A stretch of 64,000 nt of DNA from assembly GCF_022045235.1 (NCBI RefSeq), contig NW_027266286.1, forward strand, positions 28,954,001-29,018,000, in the 5' to 3' direction. The number at the start of each line of letters is the position of its first letter. Positions within the stretch are counted from its first letter, which is position 1. Shown here in pieces: positions 23,315 to 37,437 of the stretch. Source of the DNA: Haliotis cracherodii. Its lineage: Eukaryota. A program made the position numbers and the translations under genes. The notes under the pieces were generated by a model. The model saw nothing but the letters and a program-made list of their open reading frames with translations, ran no database searches and was not told the DNA's origin.

Positions 23315-25751
23315 GCCCAGATACACTCGTACATCACAGGATGGCTGTATGGGACATCACCCACACCAACAGTCCAGACATCCTTGTCCCTGTACATCAC
23401 AGAATGGCTGTATGGGACATCACACACACCAGCAGTCCAGATACACTCAGACATCACAGAATGGCTGTATGGGACATCACACACACCAGCAGTCCAGATA
23501 CACTCGTACATCACAGAATGGCTGTATGGGACATCACCCACACCAGCAGACCAGATATACTCGTACATCACAGAATGGCTGTATGGGACATCACACACAC
23601 CAGCAGTCCAGATACACTCAGACATCACAGAATGGCTGTATGGGACATCACCCACACACACCAGCAGTCCAGATACACTTGTACATCACAGAATGGCTGT
23701 ATGGGACATCACACACACACACCAGCAGACCAGATATACTCGTACATCACAGAATGGCTGTATGGGACATCACACACACCAGCAGTCCAGATACACTCAG
23801 ACATCACAGAATGGCTGTATGGGACATCACACACACCAGCAGTCCAGATACACTCGTACATCACAGAATGGCTGTATGGGACATCACACAAACCAGCAGT
23901 CCAGATACACTCAGGCATCACAGAATGGCTGTATGGGACATCACACAAACCAGCAGACCAGATACACTCGTACATCACAGAATGGCTGTATGGGACATCA
24001 CACACACCAGCAGTCCAGATACACTCAGACGTCACAGAATGGCTGTATGGGACATCACACAAACCAGCAATCCAGATACACTCGTACATCACAGAATGGC
24101 TGTATGGGACATCACACAAACCAGCAGTCCAGATACACTCGTACATCACAGAATGGCTGTATGGGACATCACACAAACCAGCAATCCAGATACACTCAGA
24201 CATCACAGAATGGCTGTATGGGACATCACACAAACCAGCAGTCCAGATATACTCAGACATCACAGAATGGCTGTATGGGACATCACACACACCAGCAGTC
24301 CAGATACACTCGTACATCACAGAATGGCTGTATGGGACATCACACACACACACCAGCAGTCAAGATACACTCGTACATCACAGAATGGCTGTATGGGACA
24401 TCACACAAACCAGCAGTCCAGATACACTCAGACATCACAGAATGGCTGTATGGGACATCACACACACACACCAGCAGTCCAGATACACTCGTACATCACA
24501 GAATGGCTGTATGGGACATCACACAAACCAGCAGACCAGATACAATCAGACATCACAGAATGGCTGTATGGGACATCACCCACACCAGCAGACCAGATAC
24601 ACTCGTAGATCACAGAATGGCTGTATGGGACATCACACAAACCAGCAGACCAGATATACTCGTACATCACAGAATGGCTGTATGGGACAACACACAAACC
24701 AGCAGACCAGATATACTTGTACATCACAGAATGGCTGTATGGGACATCACACAAACCAGCAGACCAGATATACTTGTACATCACAGAATGGCTGTATGGG
24801 ACATCACACACACCAGCAGACCAGATACACTTGTACATCACAGAATGGCTGTATGGGACATCACACAAACCAGCAGACCAGATACACTCGTACATCACAG
24901 AATGGCTGTATGGGACATCACACAAACCAGCAGACCAGATATACTTGTACATCACAGAATGGCTGTATGGGACATCACACAAACCAGCAGTCCAGATACA
25001 CTCAGACATCACAGAATGGCTGTATGGGACATCACACAAACCAGCAGACCAGATACACTCAGACATCACAGAATGGCTGTATGGGACATCACACAAACCA
25101 GCAGACCAGATACACTCGTACATCACAGAATGGCTGTATGGGACATCACACAAACCAGCAGACCAGATATACTTGTACATGACAGAATGGCTGTATGGGA
25201 CATCACACAAACCAGCAGACCAGATATACTCGTAGATCACAGAATGGCTGTATGGGACATCACACAAACCAGCAGACCAGATATACTCGTACATCACAGA
25301 ATGGCTGTATGGGACATCACACACACCAGCAGTCCAGATACACTCGTACATCACAGAATGGCTGTATGGGACATCACACAAACCAGCAATCCAGATACAC
25401 TCGTACATCACAGAATGGCTGTATGGGACATCACACACACCAGCAGTCTAGATACACTCGTACATCACAGAATGGCTGTATGGGACATCACACAAACCAG
25501 CAGACCAGATACACTCAGACATCACAGAATGGCTGTATGGGACATCACACAAACCAGCAGACCAGATACACTCGTACATCACAGAATGGCTGTATGGGAC
25601 ATCACACAAACCAGCAGACCAGATACACTCGTACATCACAGAATGGCTGTATGGGACATCACACACACCAGCAGTCCAGATACACTCAGACATCACAGAA
25701 TGGCTGTATGGGACATCACACAAACCAGCAATCCAGATACACTTGTACATC
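23315..25751. repeat. Minisatellite, 57-bp unit x ~42
   Basis: Unit ccagatacactcgtacatcacagaatggctgtatgggacatcacacaaaccagcagt; variable (CA)n. Confidence 0.99.
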
Positions 25752-25929
25752 AGCCAATTATTAGTTACATTTTAGCATTAAATTTTTTAACAACCATTAA
25801 AGTGTTTGTTGTTTATTTGTGTCTCTCTGTCAGTAGTTCAATCAAAATGTTCATAAATTCATGTAATTGTAAGTAAGTGAGACATCTGTGATCTTAATAG
25901 TAAGTGATTTATTCAAGTTAAAGTGAGTT

Positions 25930-26418
25930 ACGAACTTACTTTACTGACTTCCATTTAATGACTGTGACAGACAAGCCATCTTTTTTAGGCGCAGGCTTTA
26001 GGAACTTTAAAATCAAACTGCTGTCACACTTTAACTTTTTTGACATCGCGATCGGTCGCCTGCTAGACCAGATTACCCACAATTCAAAGCAAATAGAATT
26101 CCTGACATGCGCAGTGACAAACAAAATGGCGGCGCCTATGCATTCACATTGGACTTTGTGTGTTGTTAAGTTTCAACAGATATAGACTTTTATAGGTCAT
26201 TTTTTATAGCGATTTTGTATCAGACTTAATGATTGCTGACAAGATTGATATTTATCATTAAAATATGCCTTATATGGCAAAGGTAGGTTATGGCAAAGGT
26301 AGGTTATTAACTCCTATTTTCCAAGCGTGCCATCTAGGCACGAAGATCATGATTTAGCCGTGCCATTTTCATTTTAGGCATGCGATTGCACACAAAATAC
26401 GGTTAATTTCGAGCCCTG
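25930..26418. mobile_element. Probable hAT-like DNA element remnant
   Basis: CpG-richer segment ending in aatttcgagccctg (CAGGGCTCGAAATT terminus); other end not identified. Confidence 0.4.
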
Positions 26419-27708
26419 GCATGTATTAGTCCATACACTAAAACTAATATTGACTGAAAATCATGCCAAAATACAAGTTGGGGCCAGTAAACTCCAATGT
26501 TTCTGACAGTCTGACATTACTCATGTATCAGACCTAGTACCTGGAAGGACTCTATCATAGTATTGGGCTGTCCAGTCTATCAATCAGTGCAGGAAGGGTA
26601 TCATCAAATAAAAGTAGCATCTGATGCACAAACATTTGCTCTGCCACATCTTTCACAACATAATGTCAATCAGTAGTGTGTGAAGCCTTCCTTGGCATCA
26701 GCTGTCAGAAGCTAGAAGTTCAATGTCATTTAACACCCAATGACACCTCACTTATTGAATACCTAAGTCTTCTACTGGCTGTTTCTGTTAATGTCACATT
26801 TCGCATTATTCCAGCTAGATATCAGTAATCAAGTCTGGAATAGGCAAACCAGAGACTGACATCACGCTAACTTGGTACGACAACACACACTCTAGCAAGT
26901 CAATGAGTTGGACTGACCATTTAACACACATTGCTGGGAACCAAATCTATCCGGGTATCCACGCGGGGCCAATCTTCTCAAGACAATAGGCGTCATATAA
27001 TGCTGTGGATAAGGTGTGTAAACCCCCATTTATTTGCTCATTTCAGAATGAAAATCACTAAACACTACGTTTGTTTAAATAAAAACTGTTGAAAAAAACC
27101 AGCAACAATACAAAGACAAACCACATAGACTGGACTTCTTGGAGCAGACAGCATGATCATGTCACACAACTGGGTTAGAAATTATTTTACATTTTCACTT
27201 GTCAGCAAACATGGTCTCCTACAGATCAACTTAACAGTGAAAGTGGTAGCTCACAAGATGTCACTAACAATACCTGAATATTACTTGTCTCAGACTAGCC
27301 ACCTTATGTTAACTTCAAAGCCTGCACTGACTGTATGTGGCAGACGCAGGTGTCCAAGTTAAACCTCATCCTGCTAAAGGACATCACATCTCTCTGTCCA
27401 TCATGTCCAGCTTAACACAAAGCTGCAGCTGCCACAATGTTGTCAGTCGACCAGTCCTACACCTACAGAGCAGGAAGCAGCACCCAACATTTGTGTTTAA
27501 GACTCTCGTGTCCTCCTTTACTCACAATGGGAGATAGGTGTTGATATGTTCCTGTTCATAGTGCTGTTTCCTCTTTCTACTTAGTGTATGTTTTCTACAA
27601 GGTTGTGTTTCCTATTGTCAACAAATGCAGTGTTACAAACGAAGGGGATCTTTGAGGTTTGCTGCGATAGTACGAATACACTGACATATATATATGTTCA
27701 GGAACAAC

Positions 27709-27893
27709 ATATTCCAGCTATATGACGGCGGTCTGTAAATGATCAAGTCTGGGCCAGACAATCCAGTGACTAACATCATGCGCATCGATCCGCGCAATTG
27801 GGATACGATGACATGCATTAACCAAATCAGCGAGCCTGACCACCGGATCCTGTTAGTCGCCTCTTACAACAAGCACAGTTGCCTTTTACAGCA
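27709..27893 (-). mobile_element. Family A retroposon, partial
   Basis: High identity to the family body. Confidence 0.88.
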
Positions 27894-28480
27894 AGAATGA
27901 GTGGGTAACTAACGGTAACCATGCTAACGCAACCAGTGCATAATCTCAAGAGAGGACGCCTATACTGAGGCTCTAACCCACAGCTATAATCACCCTCTGC
28001 CATAACCATAAATTCTGCTTTTTCCAAAGTTGTCAGTTTTTCTGCAACATAATTCAATTGTGTTGCGAACTTGCCAAGCCATAATCTGATTATGTTATCA
28101 GTACAGTAATTACCAGCACACATGCATGACATATATTGGTGCCAGTGACAATAAGAGTGGACACCACACACAAAGCTGGCAGTTTAATTACACTTGTCAA
28201 GGCAATTAAGAAGAACTACTCCATCAATACAGCCAAACCTCACAGGCTGGACTGATATAAATCTCCTATCTTCTAACACTTACCACTTTTCAATCATATC
28301 GTTTGACATTTTATCAAAATATACTACTCAACACTTGCTGAGGACCACAACTTTCACAATAGTCATACAATCTGATAGTAATATTTAATGTGCAGGTGCT
28401 TAACATGCGATTTATCTCCCTGGATTGGATTTCTAAAATCCTCATCATTGTCTTTGTGTGGAGTGCAAGACACCAGCCTG

Positions 28481-28946
28481 TAGGGGTGTCACGATAAAAC
28501 GAAATATCGATACCGTATATTGCTATTGGTAAGCACTTAAAGTCAATAAATCGATTGTTAAATCAGTTTCCGATCAATAGTATCGATTTCAGTTAGGAAT
28601 ATCGATAGTTTCAGTTGTATTTACCATATCAATAAAATACATGCAATGTTGTTCAAATTTGTTTTTCATTTGATCATGAGCAGTAGTAATTTACGCATGG
28701 TAATGTGGAAGTTTCTTTTTCTTAAATTATTAGGTAAAGAAAAAACAAATCAGTCATATCTCAAACTTTACTTTTTATTTGTTGTTATGGTTATCACATT
28801 CAAAGGAAATTTCAGTTCCAAGGTTTAATTCAACTCTAAAATCCATCTAAAATGATACACTGAAAACTATCAATATTTATCGCAATAGTCTCTTGCAATA
28901 TCAATAGTTATCGCAATAGTGATTTCCAGACCAATAGTCACCCCTA
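28481..28946. mobile_element. hAT MITE (466 bp)
   Basis: Ends taggggtgtcacgat / atagtcaccccta; 8-bp TSD ccagcctg/ccagccag; subterminal ATCG repeats. Confidence 0.85.
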
Positions 28947-29061
28947 CCAGCCAGGTCCCCGAGCACAATGAGAGTTGAATACGATAATTTAGCAATTAAG
29001 AACACTTTGCAGGATAATCAAGTTATCAAAGGTGTGTTGAGGACAGAATTACTACAAATTA

Positions 29062-29320
29062 TTGGTTTGTTGTTTAACGCCGCACTCAGCAATATTCCAG
29101 CTTTATGACGGCGGTCAGAAAATAATCAAGTCTTGGACAGACAATCTAGTGACTGATATCACGAGCATAGATCCACGCAGTTGGGATACAATGACATGCA
29201 TCAACCAAGTCAGCGAGCCTGCCCATCCGATCCCGTTAGTCGCCTCATACGACAAGCATAGTCGCCTATTACGGTAAGCATAGGTTGCTGAAGACCTATT
29301 CTAACCCGAATCTTACTTCC
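29062..29320 (-). mobile_element. Family A retroposon
   Basis: Full body and tail. Confidence 0.9.
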
Positions 29321-29915
29321 ACAGAAGACGTTGTAGCATGAAACAGTGCTTGTGAGAATTCCTACCCAAGTGGTTTGATTAATACTTACTACTAATTTGG
29401 TTCTCAACAAACATTGAGTAGTAAGGGTAGTATGGATAAACGAGAATAACTATGATGTCGGCAATATGGAATGTTAATGTAAACAACGTGAAGCATGTGC
29501 TGTTTACATGGTTTAGATTGGAAACCAGTTCATCTAAATGCCTCAAGATAGTAGATAAAATTTATACATTAATATAGTCATTCTTTTGTGACTGTATCTG
29601 AAAGTATTGATATGCAAGGGTTTGTATAATGATATGTGCATTGCTGATGGTCATAGACAATATACAATATACCAGTCATATTATGCACCCTATACAGCTC
29701 AGATAACATTTTCCGATAATCATTACAAATGTTATTACAAGCATTACTGGTAGTCACTTTCAACTATGGAGGCAATTTCTCACAATAACCAACCCTAAAT
29801 TTCTGTTCAAAATTAGCTCCCTAAAGGCCATGTGTAAAATATAAACCCTCTTGACTTTATCTCCCTCATGGACTGAGGTAATCACTTCTGTACTGCCTTG
29901 GCAACAATCCTCTTA

Positions 29916-30730
29916 CAGTGGTAGTGACAGTGACAGGGTCACTCCACAGCCCACACTGCCACAGAGCTTATACCGTACTGGACATAATAATAGTGACAGT
30001 GACAGGGTCACTCCACAGCCCACACTGCCACAGAGCTCATACCGTACTGGACATAATAATAGTGACAGTGACAGGGTCACTCCACAGCCCACACTGCCAC
30101 AGAGCTTATACCGTACTGGACATAATAATAGTGACAGTGACAGGGTCACTCCACAGCCCACACTGCCACAGAGCTCATACCGTACTGGACATAATAATAG
30201 TGACAGTGAGTCCACAACCCACACTGCCATAGAGCTCATACCGTACTGGACATAAGAATAGTGACAGGGTCACTCCACAGCCCACACAACCACAGAGCTT
30301 ATACCGTACTGGACATAATGATAGTGACAGTAAGTCCACAGCCCACACTGCCATAGAGCTCATACCGTACTGGACATAATAATAATGACAGTGAGTCCAC
30401 AGCCCACACTGCCATAGAGCTCATACCGTACTGGACATAAGAATAGTGACAGTGAGTCAACAACCCACACAACCACAGAGCTCAACACTGCCACAGAGCT
30501 CATACCGTACTGGATATAATTATAGTGACAGCGAGTCCACAGCCCATACAACCATAGAGCTTATACCGTAGTGAACACATTCACAGTGACAGTCACGCCA
30601 TAGCCAACACAACCACAGGGCTAATACTGTATTGTACATATTCAGTGACAGAGTCACGCTACAGCCCACTCAACAATGGAGCTAATACCTGGACACAATA
30701 ATATTGGACATATCGACAGTGACAGTCCAG
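29916..30730. repeat. Minisatellite, 69-bp then ~62-bp units, decaying rightwards
   Basis: Unit agtgacagtgacagggtcactccacagcccacactgccacagagcttataccgtactggacataataat. Confidence 0.96.
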
Positions 30731-30889
30731 CTTACACACCCAGTGATTCAGTAGAATCATAGCTAATAACATATTTGAAATATTTACAGTGACAGTCACA
30801 GTCAAAATACCAAAACATTCATCGCCTCTTAACACAACACACAGAGGAGTGTACACTAAGCAAGATGGTTACCAGACAGCGCCACCTAC

Positions 30890-31013
30890 CTGAGTTCAGA
30901 CTGTCGAGTTTGACAGGAAGACCTGCCTGGCCCACTGCAATCAACTTCAGGGCAATGTAGAACTGACTGCGACCAAAATGTCCGAGACGCTTGGCTCCAC
31001 ACAGCTCCGTTAT
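30890..31013 (-). CDS. REPS1: Internal coding exon (exon 2 equivalent) of a RalBP1-associated Eps-domain protein (REPS1/REPS2-like), N-terminal EH domain
   Basis: Translates [41 protein letters not shown](G), matching the REPS1 segment I recall as [31 protein letters not shown]. Acceptor ctctgcttgtttcAG (phase 0) and donor G|GTAGGT (phase 1); 124 bp. Flanking exons not found in the window. Confidence 0.93.
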
Positions 31014-32438
31014 CTGAAACAAGCAGAGAGTGCTGTTAGAAAAACTTACATGTATCATGAAACTAGTCCAACTTTTGTAACAGCTCTCAGTGACACAACA
31101 TCAACAGTGGTCTAAAGTAAAGAAGAGGGGGGGACTGAAGGGCAGCCTCAACCCCAATGTCTTCATTCAAATCTGTGTTCAAAATTAAAGGGGGTCTCTG
31201 CTTTCATATTTGAATCTAGGGACCCTATAAATATTTTACTTTTTATCCATACTTTTGAACATTGCAATTATTCCAGCAGAAAACCCAAAGGAGATTCCCC
31301 TGTATTTTTAACCATTTTCAGCAGCCATTGTGGCCATCAGATTCCCATTATCTTTGCCTAAGGTGACAACCATAGATTACAGGCCCACAAAGCAAACCTT
31401 AGCACTAAGGCTGGGATGATTCATCAATTATAGATACACTGTGAATAGACAGCTAATGTCATGCGATACGAAATAGTCCTGCACCATGATTGTGGAATAC
31501 ATTTATCTAAAACAAAAATTAAAAATAAATAAATCTAGATATGTATGCAAAAGCAAGTCTAGCCAGCTCTAGCTAGCTCTATGAAATCAGCATCAGGAAA
31601 ATTATTTGTTTAATTTTATTGTGTAATATAAGATTTCATAGACTAAATGTTAGTCTAAATACAAAATACCCATGTATTTATTCATGTTTTACGCTTTAAG
31701 AGTACAACTAAAAACATTTAGCAATGCCTGAAAACAACTTTGATACCTCCAATACCTTAACACAACTTATGATGGTTATCATGTCTATAGCACTTTGTGG
31801 AACAGAGCCAAACCAACCAATTCATCACTGAAACCTATTCCACAAAACAATCATTGTTCTATGTTCATCGTTCGTCTATACTAAGTATGGCGCTAAGATA
31901 ACTCTGTGGCTCCGCCATCAAAAGTTAACCTGATATCGCTCCAACAAAACCTCAGTTTATGAATGCATTTTAACCTATTCATTTAACCTAACTTGACCTA
32001 TCTTACAGTTAGGACTGTCAAAAAGTACCAAATTTGGCTGAGAATTATTTATATTGTTAAATTTTCAATCACAAACGTCAACCACAAAACACTATGACAT
32101 ATTTTCTTGTGGTCTCTAATCAGTTGAGCAAACAAGTGTGATAAATTACCAGATTGACATATTTAGTGACCCAGTTGTATTCTCCTACTGACATGTGTCC
32201 ACTGTCCCGCCTTGCCTCATCATTCAACCCCCCTCTCTGCCTCTCATGCTATGTATCAGAGCTGACTTGTCAAAACAAATCCTACATCATGACAGGCGAC
32301 TGTAACAACTAACATAATAACCTTTGCTAGGTGTTTAACACCGCACTCAGCAATATGCCAGCTGCATGACTGCAGCCAGACAATCCAGTGATTGATATTA
32401 TGTGCAGCAACCAATGCTGTCAGGGAACACTGACATGC

Positions 32439-32705
32439 TGTTTGTTTGTTTGTTTGTTTGTTGTTTAACGCCGCAGTATTCCAGCTATATGATGGCGGCC
32501 TGTAAATAATCGAGTCTGGACCAGACAATCCAGTGGTTGACATCATGAACATCGATCCACGCAATTGGGATCGATGACATGCATCAACCAAGTCAGCGAG
32601 CCTGACCATCCAATCCCATTAGTCACCTCTTACGACATGCATAGTTGCCTTTTAAGGCAAGCATGGGTTGCTGAAGACCTATTCTAACATGGATCTTCAC
32701 AGGTC
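32439..32705 (-). mobile_element. Family A retroposon nested in an older family A copy (~32330-32790)
   Basis: 11-bp TSD cactgacatgc at 32428-32438 and 32706-32716; (TTTG)n tail. Confidence 0.93.
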
Positions 32706-33650
32706 CACTGACATGCATTCAAAGTCACAGAGACTGAACTCCAATCCATTAAGTCCTATCTCACAAGTAGGACCCATTCTAACCTGAAGTCACCACTGTG
32801 GGTTATCATCATAGCAACTCCAGTGGCAAACCAGACTAAGTCGGATTCCTGTCTATACCAGACCACATTAACAGTCCTGAAAATAACATGATAGATAATA
32901 TATCTTCCAACCCCATCTTTATTTCATATTTCATTATCATCTGTTAAAATCTCATTAATCTGGACCTCTGTCTAAACCGGACAGAACTTTCAGTCCCACA
33001 AAAGTCGACCACTGAAATTGAAATCAGAAATCCTCTGCCCTCCTTTATTCGTTTTATCCCTCTGATGCCAGGGTATTTAAAGCAACTGCCAATTTCTCCT
33101 AGCCAAATCTCGATGCTCCCATCAGAGGCCAGTACATCTGTCTGGTTCAAATCCCTGGAGAGCTATCGTAACGTTTACTTCACGACTAACTACCAGTGGA
33201 TTATATTCTTCACATTCCTAGACTGATTCTCCATCAACAAATACTTCCACTGTGGCCCAGCTTGATGCAAGCCTCACTCACAAACACAGTAATAAACTAC
33301 ACTTTACATGTACTTCCTCTGCAGGCTTCAATCAACACCTCACTACAACACATCATGAAGAGATGAATGTTTCCCAGTTCCAAATTACACCATGACCCCC
33401 AAACTGAATAATGAAATCACTTGATGGACCATCCAAAAATCATCCAATGTGTGTCATGTCAAAACTCTTGTGAAAATATTTAAAGATATTGATCACAATG
33501 CTAGACCTCCAATGCTTTTGGTAATCTTACTATTCATAAATTTCTGTTCGTAAGACAAGAGTCATGATAGAAGATGAAAAATCCCCCCCCTCACCCCCTC
33601 CCCTACAAATCAAATATGGATAGACAGGCAAGATGATGACCATATATGCT

Positions 33651-33681
<31 letters not shown>
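33651..33681. repeat. Poly-G tract (31 nt)
   Basis: Seen directly. Confidence 0.95.
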
Positions 33682-33682
<1 letters not shown>

Positions 33683-33903
33683 TGCTTGACCAACTCCCAT
33701 CATCTGAGTATAAGCCATACCATTAAATCCCTGGATTTGAAGAAACATAAGACTGCATCACTTAACATGATTCATCTGTGTAGGACACAGTGCAAACTCA
33801 GCTCCATAATGAATTATTGATAAATTACCTGTAGATTTAACTACGCTAAACTGAATTTGGAACCGGACACGCAGCGTAAAGTTTCAAAAGTCAAAACACA
33901 GTA

Positions 33904-33934
33904 CTGTATTCGACCTATTAAGCCCCCCCCCCCC

Positions 33935-33968
<34 letters not shown>

Positions 33969-34888
33969 ACCTACCCCCGGACACAGCTGTACACACGTTT
34001 TCTTGGAATCTACCGGGGATTCGGTCAAGACCCACCCAATGATATAACTTTACAGGATTTTAAATGCAAGGATCGGCAAAAGTTGTATCTGAAACTATTT
34101 TTTTATCAGGAATAATATATTCCAATATCTTGTTAATTTAGATGCAGCTTTTACTAAACATATTTAAAATAATAATAACCCTAATCGAAGCAGCTGATCG
34201 CTATTCCCGGGTATTATTTTTTACATGGAACCAGTCTGGCCAGTCACCGTCAAGGCTCCTGTGCACGTGATCGCGTGATCGCGAGAATTACGTGTTGACA
34301 TAGAATCATCCAACAAAAACAAATATGACTTTTAACAATTCAAAGTATGGCATTTATGATATATGTATCCATTCTCTGTTTACTTAAGTTCGTTTCAAGG
34401 CGTCAATAGCGGTAATCTGACCGTGGTTGCTGTTAATAATGGTGAGTTATGCGATCTTCCGATCGCTTCACACACAATTTCGCCGAAATTAATTAAAACA
34501 ATATTAAAAGGAATTTTGAATCAAATTAATGAAATAAGTTAAAAACAAAAGTCCAGATATACAAAGAACACTTTTTATAGCCAGACAGTGTAATTACATG
34601 AATAATTTGCGAACTTCAGTATGGATTTGTTGACATGGTATTTCCGGTGTTACGCATAGTAATGTCTTTCCATGGGGGAAAAAACATCAAAACTCATTAA
34701 TTCGTGTATAATGCGCACCCCCTTCTACACAGCTGTGTTTTTTTAAAAAAAAGTGCTCACTATTCTCAAGAAAATACGGTAAGGCTTACTGATGAATTAA
34801 CGCCAATTTGACCTGAATTGGCCCCAATAAGCGCCCACCCTTTCTGTCTTTTTTTAAGCGCCCTGGGTGCTTAATGGGTCGAATACGG
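33904..34888. mobile_element. pogo/Tigger-like composite non-autonomous element related to family F
   Basis: TA + ctgtattcgacctattaagc ... gcttaatgggtcgaatacgg + TA. Internal C15-(AC)n and a second aaatacggta terminus at about 34781. Confidence 0.7.
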
Positions 34889-35060
34889 TATGTTGGTTTT
34901 TTTGTGAGAAGACTTCCTGTTTGTACATAAAATAAGTTCAATAATTCACACACTCATCAATATACCAGCTATTAAACAGTGGTTTGCAAATTGAGGAGAC
35001 AATCCAGTGATTGACATCATGAGCATCATTCGATTAATTCACATCATCAAAAAATCAGGA

Positions 35061-35369
35061 AACAGCAACAAGTACCATGTTTACAATACACAACCCCTTC
35101 ATCTACCAGTGGTGCAATATCAAGCTAAGATACAGCAACAGGTACAATGTTTATAACACACAACCCCTTCATCTACCAGTGGTGCAATATCAAGCTAAGA
35201 TACAGAAACAGGTACCATGTTTATAACACACAACCCCTTCATCTACCAGTGGTGCAGTATCAAGCTAAGATACAGCAACAGGTACAATGTTTATAACACA
35301 CAACCCATTCATCTACCAGTGGTGCAATATCAAGCTAAGAAAGAGCAACAGCTACCATGCTTATAACAG
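35061..35369. repeat. Minisatellite, 70-bp unit x ~4.4
   Basis: Units recur at 35131, 35201, 35271. Confidence 0.96.
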
Positions 35370-35673
35370 AGATAACACCAGACCAGAGACCAAGCAAACC
35401 AAAAGTTGAGAAAGTCAAGTGACCATGGGTCATGATGCCCCAAGCTCATTCCCTCACATTCATTAGGAATGTCACAACATCCTGACCGGTCAACAAGCTG
35501 TAAGGCAGGAAAACACACCTAGCTTATACTCCGACCTTAGGTTAAAGAAACAAACAACAAGAAAAAAAACATGTCGTATTTAGAAAGAGAAATAAGAGAT
35601 GGATGTGGTGTGGTTTCAACACAGTGACAGTAGTATGCAACATTAGCAGACAGCCAGTCAAGGTCTATGTCAA

Positions 35674-36047
35674 TCCTGGTGGCTGGACGATACACCGATG
35701 CATCAGTGGATTGCGATTGTTTACATCTAGAGGCAAGTGTTGATCACAGCCACACACAGTAAAAAATGTTGATTCTTACCTTAAAATTTGCTTTAATACC
35801 TGTTACAACAATTTCTAATTAGAGGTGAAAATAAGTAGTGAAAATTTAAATATTTTATCCATTCTGCCACACTTGACACTGCCAACTGTAAATTGTCAGT
35901 GTGCCAGGTATTTGGCCATCCTGTCTATGAAAAAGATGGCTTATGAACCACAGATAACAGCACATGCAAGTACCATAAACATTGGATCGTGAGCAAGGTA
36001 TTGGGATACACATCGGATCGCACAGTTGGTGTGTCGTCCCAGCCCTA
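35674..36047 (-). mobile_element. Family G hAT MITE
   Basis: Ends in gtcgtcccagcccta; inverted homologue of 43723-44099. Confidence 0.8.
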
Positions 36048-37437
36048 GTAAATCAAGATCGGTCGATCAGTGTCTATGATTGAGTAAGATGTGTCGGACC
36101 AATTGTTTCAGGATGTCTGTTGGTCTGCATTCAGAGTAATTAATTTTTCTGGGACAGATTAAATCATCTTGATATTAAAAGTACCTAACTTTCCAATTCA
36201 AAATAGAAGGGGTTAACATGTTTGAGTGTATTTGTTAACTACCTCGCCAACTTCATACTTTACTGTGGACATGACAGAGACTGCATTTTGGGCAATCATT
36301 CACCTTATAAATTTTGCTTAAAACGATTTAAAAGAATTTAATTTAATTAGATATTTTGGCATATGGATGAAACATTAATCTATAACAAAACATGATAATT
36401 TCTATCACTAGTGTGCTAATTTTAATTTCACAAATGGATTAAACATGCACATTTAGACATGTCCCTCAATATCTTACATGAAACAATATTCCACTGATTA
36501 TATCATACAGGATCACACAGTGATGTTACGTGGCACTGACGTCATAGGTTAAACATTACAGTGCTACCATCATTCACCTATGCTGCTAGCAATTTGTGAC
36601 CTGTCCTAGAAATGGAATTTATTTATTTTTTGTCTGATGATATTATGTATCTTGACGATTTAACTTTTAGTCTATAAATATCTGCGGCACTGCTTCATGT
36701 CCAAAGATTGACAGAAAATCGATCGTCCGGGCCCCTGATTCAAGATTCATGAGTTGTGCAGTAAACACAACCAGCTAGCATCCTTCAGATAAATTTCCCT
36801 GTTAACCTGATCATAGCGAAGTCATATGAAGGATAACACTCTATTGATGCATTTCACCTGCAGCTAAATCTTCTTCCCCTTGTCCTGAATATTCCAGGTT
36901 AGGAAAGGTCCCCAGAAACCTATGCTTGTCTGATGGAGTGACTTGACGGATCAAGTTTCAGGCTTGGTGACTTGGTTGACTGCAGGTCATAATACCCCGA
37001 CATCTTGAGATGTTGTTCATAATATCTGGTCCAGACTCAATTATTTATCAGTCATAATCATAATACAACTGATTGAATCCTTACACATCAAACAAACACC
37101 AGTTTAATTTACACTGCAGTGATAGAGCTGGAATATTGCTGACTGCGGCACCAAATTACATCCATGTCACTTTCCCTAGTAATGTACCGGCCAGTACATT
37201 CTGGTCACACAGTTAATGTATGTGCAAGGGGACAACAGTCTCAGCTGTTTCCTGATACCATCTGCGTCCTTGTGTCCCAGTGGATCTAATGTCAAGTCAA
37301 CAGTGACACTAATGAGAGGTCAAGACAAGCCTGACAAGTCTCACATGCGAGCTGCAGTCAGCTCACGGGAGAGAAACTAAATTCGGAATTGGGTTCGGAA
37401 CTTCAAAGCAAATTGCAAGTTTCTTGTCTATGTTATC

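Noticed and set aside
23157-25876. ORFs of 483-830 aa
   Set aside because: Translations of a 57-bp tandem repeat, open in multiple frames and on both strands; no domain.
26274-26306. LPLP-coding motif as REPS exon 3
   Set aside because: It is a 17-bp local duplication containing a stop codon, inside a TE remnant.
33900-34700. REPS promoter / exon 1 (CpG-richer, CACGTG)
   Set aside because: Lies inside a TIR-bounded element; no REPS N-terminal coding match; the donor-like site near 33828 has an in-frame stop just upstream.
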